From an uncultured Eubacteriales bacterium (GTDB taxonomy: Bacteria > Bacillota > Clostridia > TANB77 > RGIG9151), in NCBI GenBank assembly GCA_964475435.1, contig CAYYWT010000021.1:1-17635 (forward strand): a DNA stretch of 17,635 bases. The letters are read 5' to 3'. Positions 16,764 through 17,635 of the stretch are shown here, one piece after another. The notes beneath the pieces are model-generated. The model was not told where the DNA came from. It made no database searches and saw only the letters and a list, made by a program, of their open reading frames with translations. Position 1 is the stretch's first letter. Each line of letters starts with the position of its first letter. The position numbers were made by a program, and so were the translations under genes.

Positions 16764-16792
16764 ATTTTACTATATATAAATTACTTTTACAA
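16764..16792 (-). promoter_or_regulatory. Candidate sigma-A promoter of the DnaC-like gene: TTGTAA (16787-16792) - 17 nt - TAAAAT (16764-16769)
   Basis: Hexamers and spacing read on the minus strand. Confidence 0.4.
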
Positions 16793-16843
16793 TTACCTTT
16801 ATCTATTAATTTGTAAACTAATTCATTCCCTTTAAAGTGCATT

Positions 16844-16872
16844 CCGGGGAAGATACAATGTATCTCCCCCGG
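16844..16872. other. GC-rich hairpin downstream of the lectin-fold gene (terminator-like, or a DGR VR-flanking hairpin)
   Basis: ccggggaagata (16844-16855) pairs with tatctcccccgg (16861-16872): 11 bp plus one A/C mismatch, with a 5-nt loop. The T-tract (ttttatcttctttttt) lies on the plus-strand side only. Confidence 0.6.
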
Positions 16873-16939
16873 TTTTATCTTCTTTTTTATTCTTTTAATT
16901 TCCTACTCCATAATTAGTTTGCATAATCAAACAACCTTT

Positions 16940-17119
16940 GCAACACCGCTCCAGGGTCCAGATTTACCGTATCGCGAGAACGGGACGGAACCCGTAGCTG
17001 CTGTAGCCACCGGCGCTGCCGAAGCCGAATACACCGGCGTTAGACGCACTGTTGTAGAGACCACCGCGTTTGAAAACAGGGCCGTTGGAATTCGGCGCGT
17101 ACGAGCCATCTCCACCCCA
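16940..17119 (-). other. Candidate DGR variable region (VR): GC-rich, NNC-codon-rich 3' end of the lectin/FGE-fold ORF plus ~25 nt past the stop
   Basis: Hand count gives 95/160 G+C over 16961-17120, against about 30% in the rest of the window. Codons: TGG GGT GGA GAT GGC TCG TAC GCG CCG AAT TCC AAC .. CTC TAC AAC AGT GCG TCT AAC GCC GGT GTA TTC GGC TTC GGC AGC GCC GGT GGC TAC AGC AGC TAC GGG TTC CGT. The exact boundaries cannot be set without the template repeat. Confidence 0.6.
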
Positions 17120-17635
17120 TGAGGTAGAACTTGAGCCACTGCTACTTGTCTCATAAACTGCATCGCCTTTTATGTTACTCCATGCCGCATAGTTATTAGC
17201 TGAGCTATCGCTTGTTCCAATTGGATATACATCTACATATTTACTTCCAGAGTCACTATACGAATTCACTAAACTACTTGCATAACTAGTTAAACTACTA
17301 TTATCATTGTCTACATATGCTGCTACATATTCATATGCTCCACCGGACAAGTCATATATTCCATATACATTATGGGTTGTACTTGCTTTAACTCCTCCGG
17401 CTGTATTCCAGGCGTTTGTTACTCCAGAGGCATAACCTGCATCTTGACTTCCGCCTGCGTTTCCAGTTATATAACTACTACTGTTATTTATATACGGTAT
17501 TCGTCCTATTGCGTTAGTTAAATACGCTACTGCTCCCCATTCTACGTTTTTCATTAAATGCGAATCTAAAGACCTATTTAAGTTATATGAGTAATCAAAC
17601 ATATCGCTTACGCTTAAACTTCTCCAAGATACTAC
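16964..17635 (-). CDS. C-terminal part of an FGE-sulfatase / C-type-lectin-fold protein (5' end outside window), candidate DGR target
   Basis: The frame is open to the window edge (..VVSWRSLSVSDMFDY..). Motifs: HLMKNVEWGAVAYL, NVYGIYDLSGGAYEYVA (compare GxYDMxGNVWEW), and RGGLYNSASNAGVF..GFRPVL at the C-terminus. Confidence 0.8.
   Translation of the reverse strand, partial: VVSWRSLSVSDMFDYSYNLNRSLDSHLMKNVEWGAVAYLTNAIGRIPYINNSSSYITGNAGGSQDAGYASGVTNAWNTAGGVKASTTHNVYGIYDLSGGAYEYVAAYVDNDNSSLTSYASSLVNSYSDSGSKYVDVYPIGTSDSSANNYAAWSNIKGDAVYETSSSGSSSTSWGGDGSYAPNSNGPVFKRGGLYNSASNAGVFGFGSAGGYSSYGFRPVLAIR

Noticed and set aside
16704-16940. DGR template repeat, Avd or RT immediately downstream of the VR (canonical DGR layout)
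   Set aside because: This interval is AT-rich and has no similarity to the VR block. It contains only a promoter and a hairpin. The next gene is an AAA+ DnaC-like ATPase, not an RT.
16919-17163. ORFs 16919-17122 (+) and 16927-17163 (-) in the GC-rich block
   Set aside because: High G+C suppresses stop codons in all frames. Both overlap the frame that continues the lectin-fold domain (..RGG..GFRPVL), and neither has an RBS.

Overview
Low-GC (about 30% G+C) Firmicutes-type chromosomal segment (Clostridia/Tissierellia-like). It is gene-dense, and every gene except one lies on the minus strand. Most genes are housekeeping: hisS, a SipL/SpoVID-like LysM protein, a tightly packed cluster pnuC / polysaccharide deacetylase / metallophosphoesterase / pgsA / truA / alpha-beta hydrolase, rsmI, aspartokinase, and a DnaC/DnaI-like AAA+ loader. 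Accessory content: (i) a 1154-aa secreted surface protein with eight Ig-like repeats, a DUF11-like domain and C-terminal SLH repeats; (ii) a HEPN + minimal nucleotidyltransferase (MNT) pair and an XRE regulator, bracketed by two copies of a long palindromic intergenic repeat family; (iii) at the right edge, the 3' part of a lectin/FGE-fold gene. The last ~55 codons of that gene sit in a sharply GC-rich (~59%), NNC-codon-rich block. I read this block as the variable region (VR) of a diversity-generating retroelement (DGR). Its template repeat and reverse transcriptase are not in the window. Other non-coding structure: four phased 32-bp tandem repeats in a promoter region at the left edge, a 120-nt perfect-stem palindrome in the pnuC leader, and several sigma-A-like promoters and intrinsic terminators. 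No rRNA, tRNA, CRISPR array or transposase was seen.
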